NCBI GenBank assembly: GCA_964388365.1
Contig: CAYMAF010000002.1
Location: 1-53,184 of the forward strand
Source of the DNA: an uncultured Gammaproteobacteria bacterium
Lineage (GTDB): Bacteria > Pseudomonadota > Gammaproteobacteria > Steroidobacterales > Rariloculaceae
DNA length: 53,184 nt
Reading direction: 5' to 3'
Part shown: piece by piece, positions 51,822-53,184 of the stretch
Layout of the letters: the number at the start of each line of letters is the position of its first letter
How positions within the stretch are numbered: position 1 is the stretch's first letter
The notes under the pieces: model-generated
Databases searched by the model: none
The model's input: only the letters and a program-made list of their open reading frames with translations
What the model was told of the DNA's origin: nothing
Made by a program: the position numbers and the translations under genes

Positions 51822-53184
51822 ATGACGAGACGGGAACACGCTGTGCCTCGGCTGCGGCCCATAGCCGCCGCGTTGTCGGTGGTACTGACGGCCGCCGTAT
51901 CCGATTTCGCGTGGTCCGACCAGACGGAGCCATCGGGCGCGCTGCGGGAGCTACGTCCGGTCACGGACGAGATGCTGAAGAACCCGCCGCCGGAATCGTG
52001 GCTGTCTTATCGCCGGACACTGAACGGCTGGGGATACAGCCCCCTCGACGAGATCCACACCGGCAACGTAGAGCGTCTGCGTGAAGTGTGGTCCGCGCCG
52101 CTCGAAGTGGGTTTCATCGAGGCGGCGCCCATCGCGCACGATGGCGTGCTGTTCGTGCCGATGTCGGCAGACCGGATCGTCGCGCTCGACGCGGCGACCG
52201 GGCAGCAGCTCTGGCGATTCGCGCGCGAGTATCCCGAAGGCATCACGCCCGGCGACATCAAACGAAACGTCGCGATCTACGAGGATCGCATCATCACGAC
52301 GACGGTGGACGGCGCGCTCCTTTCGCTGGACGCGCGCACCGGCGAGATCGAGTGGGAGGTGCAGCTTACGGGGTTCGTCAAGACGTCGAGCGGTCCGATC
52401 ATCGCGGACGGCAAGATCATCTCCGGACGCGGCTGTGAGCCGGGCTATGGCCCCGAAGGCTGCGTGATCATCGCGAACGATGCGCGCACGGGCAAAGAGC
52501 TGTGGCGCAGGTCGGTCATTGCGAGGCCCGGCGAGCCGGGCGACGAAACGTGGGGCGGCGTGCCGTGGGAAGAGCGCAACCACCTCGGTGCGTGGATCCC
52601 GCCGAGCTATGACCCCGAGCTCGGGCTCTTGTATATCGGCACGTCGAGCACGACGCCGATGCCGAAATTCTTCCTGGGGGGGATCGAGCACGCCTATCTC
52701 TACCAGACGTCGACGCTCGCGCTCGATGCGGAGACGGGCGAGATCGTCTGGTACTACCAGCACATTCGCGATCACTGGGATCTCGACCATGTGTTCGACC
52801 GGATTCTGGTCGACACCGCGGTCGCGCCGGATCCGGGCGCCGTCAGCTGGATCAATCCCAATATCGCCCCCGGCGAGCGGCGCCGCGTGGTCACCGGCAT
52901 CCCGGGCAAAACCGGGATCGTCTACACGCTCGATCGGGAAACCGGCGAGTTTCTCTGGGCCGAGCCGACGGTGAAGCAGACGATCATCCTGTCTATCGAC
53001 GGCGAGACCGGTGAGCCGCAGATCAATGAGGAGCTGGTGTTCACCGGCCCCGATCAGGTCAAGGAGCTTTGTCCTGCGTTCACGGGCGGCAAGAACTGGC
53101 CGCCGGGCGCGTATAGCCCGAGAACCGGCCTCATGTACATGCCGGTCGCGAACTTGTGCTCGACCGTGACGAGCGCCGGCCCGA
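51822..53184 (+). CDS. PQQ-dependent dehydrogenase (quinoprotein alcohol/sugar dehydrogenase beta-propeller), 3' end outside the window
   Basis: Not in the ORF track because no stop lies in the window. ATG 51822 is preceded by GGAGGAGG (51810-51817). I translated it by hand: MTRREHAVPRLRPIAAALSVVLTAAVS... signal, ESWLSYRRTLNGWGYSPLDEIHTGNVERLREVWS, repeated A-x-D-x-x-T-G-x-x-x-W propeller motifs (ALDAATGQQLW, SLDARTGEIEW, ANDARTGKELW, ALDAETGEIVW, TLDRETGEFLW) and GGKNWPPGAYSPRTGLMYMP. Confidence 0.8.
   Translation, partial: MTRREHAVPRLRPIAAALSVVLTAAVSDFAWSDQTEPSGALRELRPVTDEMLKNPPPESWLSYRRTLNGWGYSPLDEIHTGNVERLREVWSAPLEVGFIEAAPIAHDGVLFVPMSADRIVALDAATGQQLWRFAREYPEGITPGDIKRNVAIYEDRIITTTVDGALLSLDARTGEIEWEVQLTGFVKTSSGPIIADGKIISGRGCEPGYGPEGCVIIANDARTGKELWRRSVIARPGEPGDETWGGVPWEERNHLGAWIPPSYDPELGLLYIGTSSTTPMPKFFLGGIEHAYLYQTSTLALDAETGEIVWYYQHIRDHWDLDHVFDRILVDTAVAPDPGAVSWINPNIAPGERRRVVTGIPGKTGIVYTLDRETGEFLWAEPTVKQTIILSIDGETGEPQINEELVFTGPDQVKELCPAFTGGKNWPPGAYSPRTGLMYMPVANLCSTVTSAGP

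Noticed and set aside
1-53184. Classical genomic island, prophage, CRISPR or defence-system signatures (tRNA/integrase borders, IS elements, direct-repeat arrays, ATPase-nuclease pairs, toxin-antitoxin pairs)
   Set aside because: None seen. I found no tRNA-like cloverleaf, no transposase or integrase motifs, and no short regularly spaced repeats. The only nuclease-superfamily member is the membrane-anchored EEP protein, which sits in a lipid-enzyme-like operon.

Overview
This is a 53.2-kb bacterial chromosomal segment with high G+C and strong GC3 bias, which produces many long spurious antisense ORFs. Gene content looks proteobacterial. I call about 41 protein-coding genes (two cut by the window edges) and two probable gene remnants. 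I see no rRNA, tRNA, CRISPR array, IS element, integrase or phage gene.

Gene content from left to right:
- a flavocytochrome 4-alkylphenol/p-cresol methylhydroxylase module (aryl-alcohol dehydrogenase, pchC, pchX-like, pchF)
- creD
- a tightly coupled five-gene operon of membrane and tailoring enzymes (EEP phosphoesterase, UPF0104/LPG-synthase-TM protein, two methyltransferase-like proteins, FAD oxidoreductase)
- gstA, a class A acid phosphatase, a BCCT transporter and a Tat-signal FMN alpha-hydroxy-acid oxidoreductase
- a Dnr/Fnr-type regulator with a perfect FNR box
- a PadR regulator paired with an ADOP-type orphan permease
- an ECF sigma, FecR and TonB-dependent transducer set with a shared promoter motif
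- a DCC-thiol oxidoreductase fused to a polytopic membrane domain, then a DUF763 protein and azurin
- a G8/beta-helix (CEMIP-like) secreted protein
- a second TonB receptor with a secreted hydrolase-like protein, then putP
- a 2194-aa multi-domain adhesin-like protein
- selO and the start of a PQQ-dependent dehydrogenase

The two most unusual items:
1. The giant protein carries a GlyGly-CTERM/PEP-CTERM-style sorting signal (Gly8, hydrophobic helix, Arg cluster) that is internal rather than terminal. It reads on without a stop codon into a signal-peptide-like segment and an 8-strand outer-membrane beta-barrel.
2. The five-gene operon at 5867-10789 matches no characterised pathway I can name.

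All family assignments come from reading motifs by eye and need HMM or BLAST confirmation.
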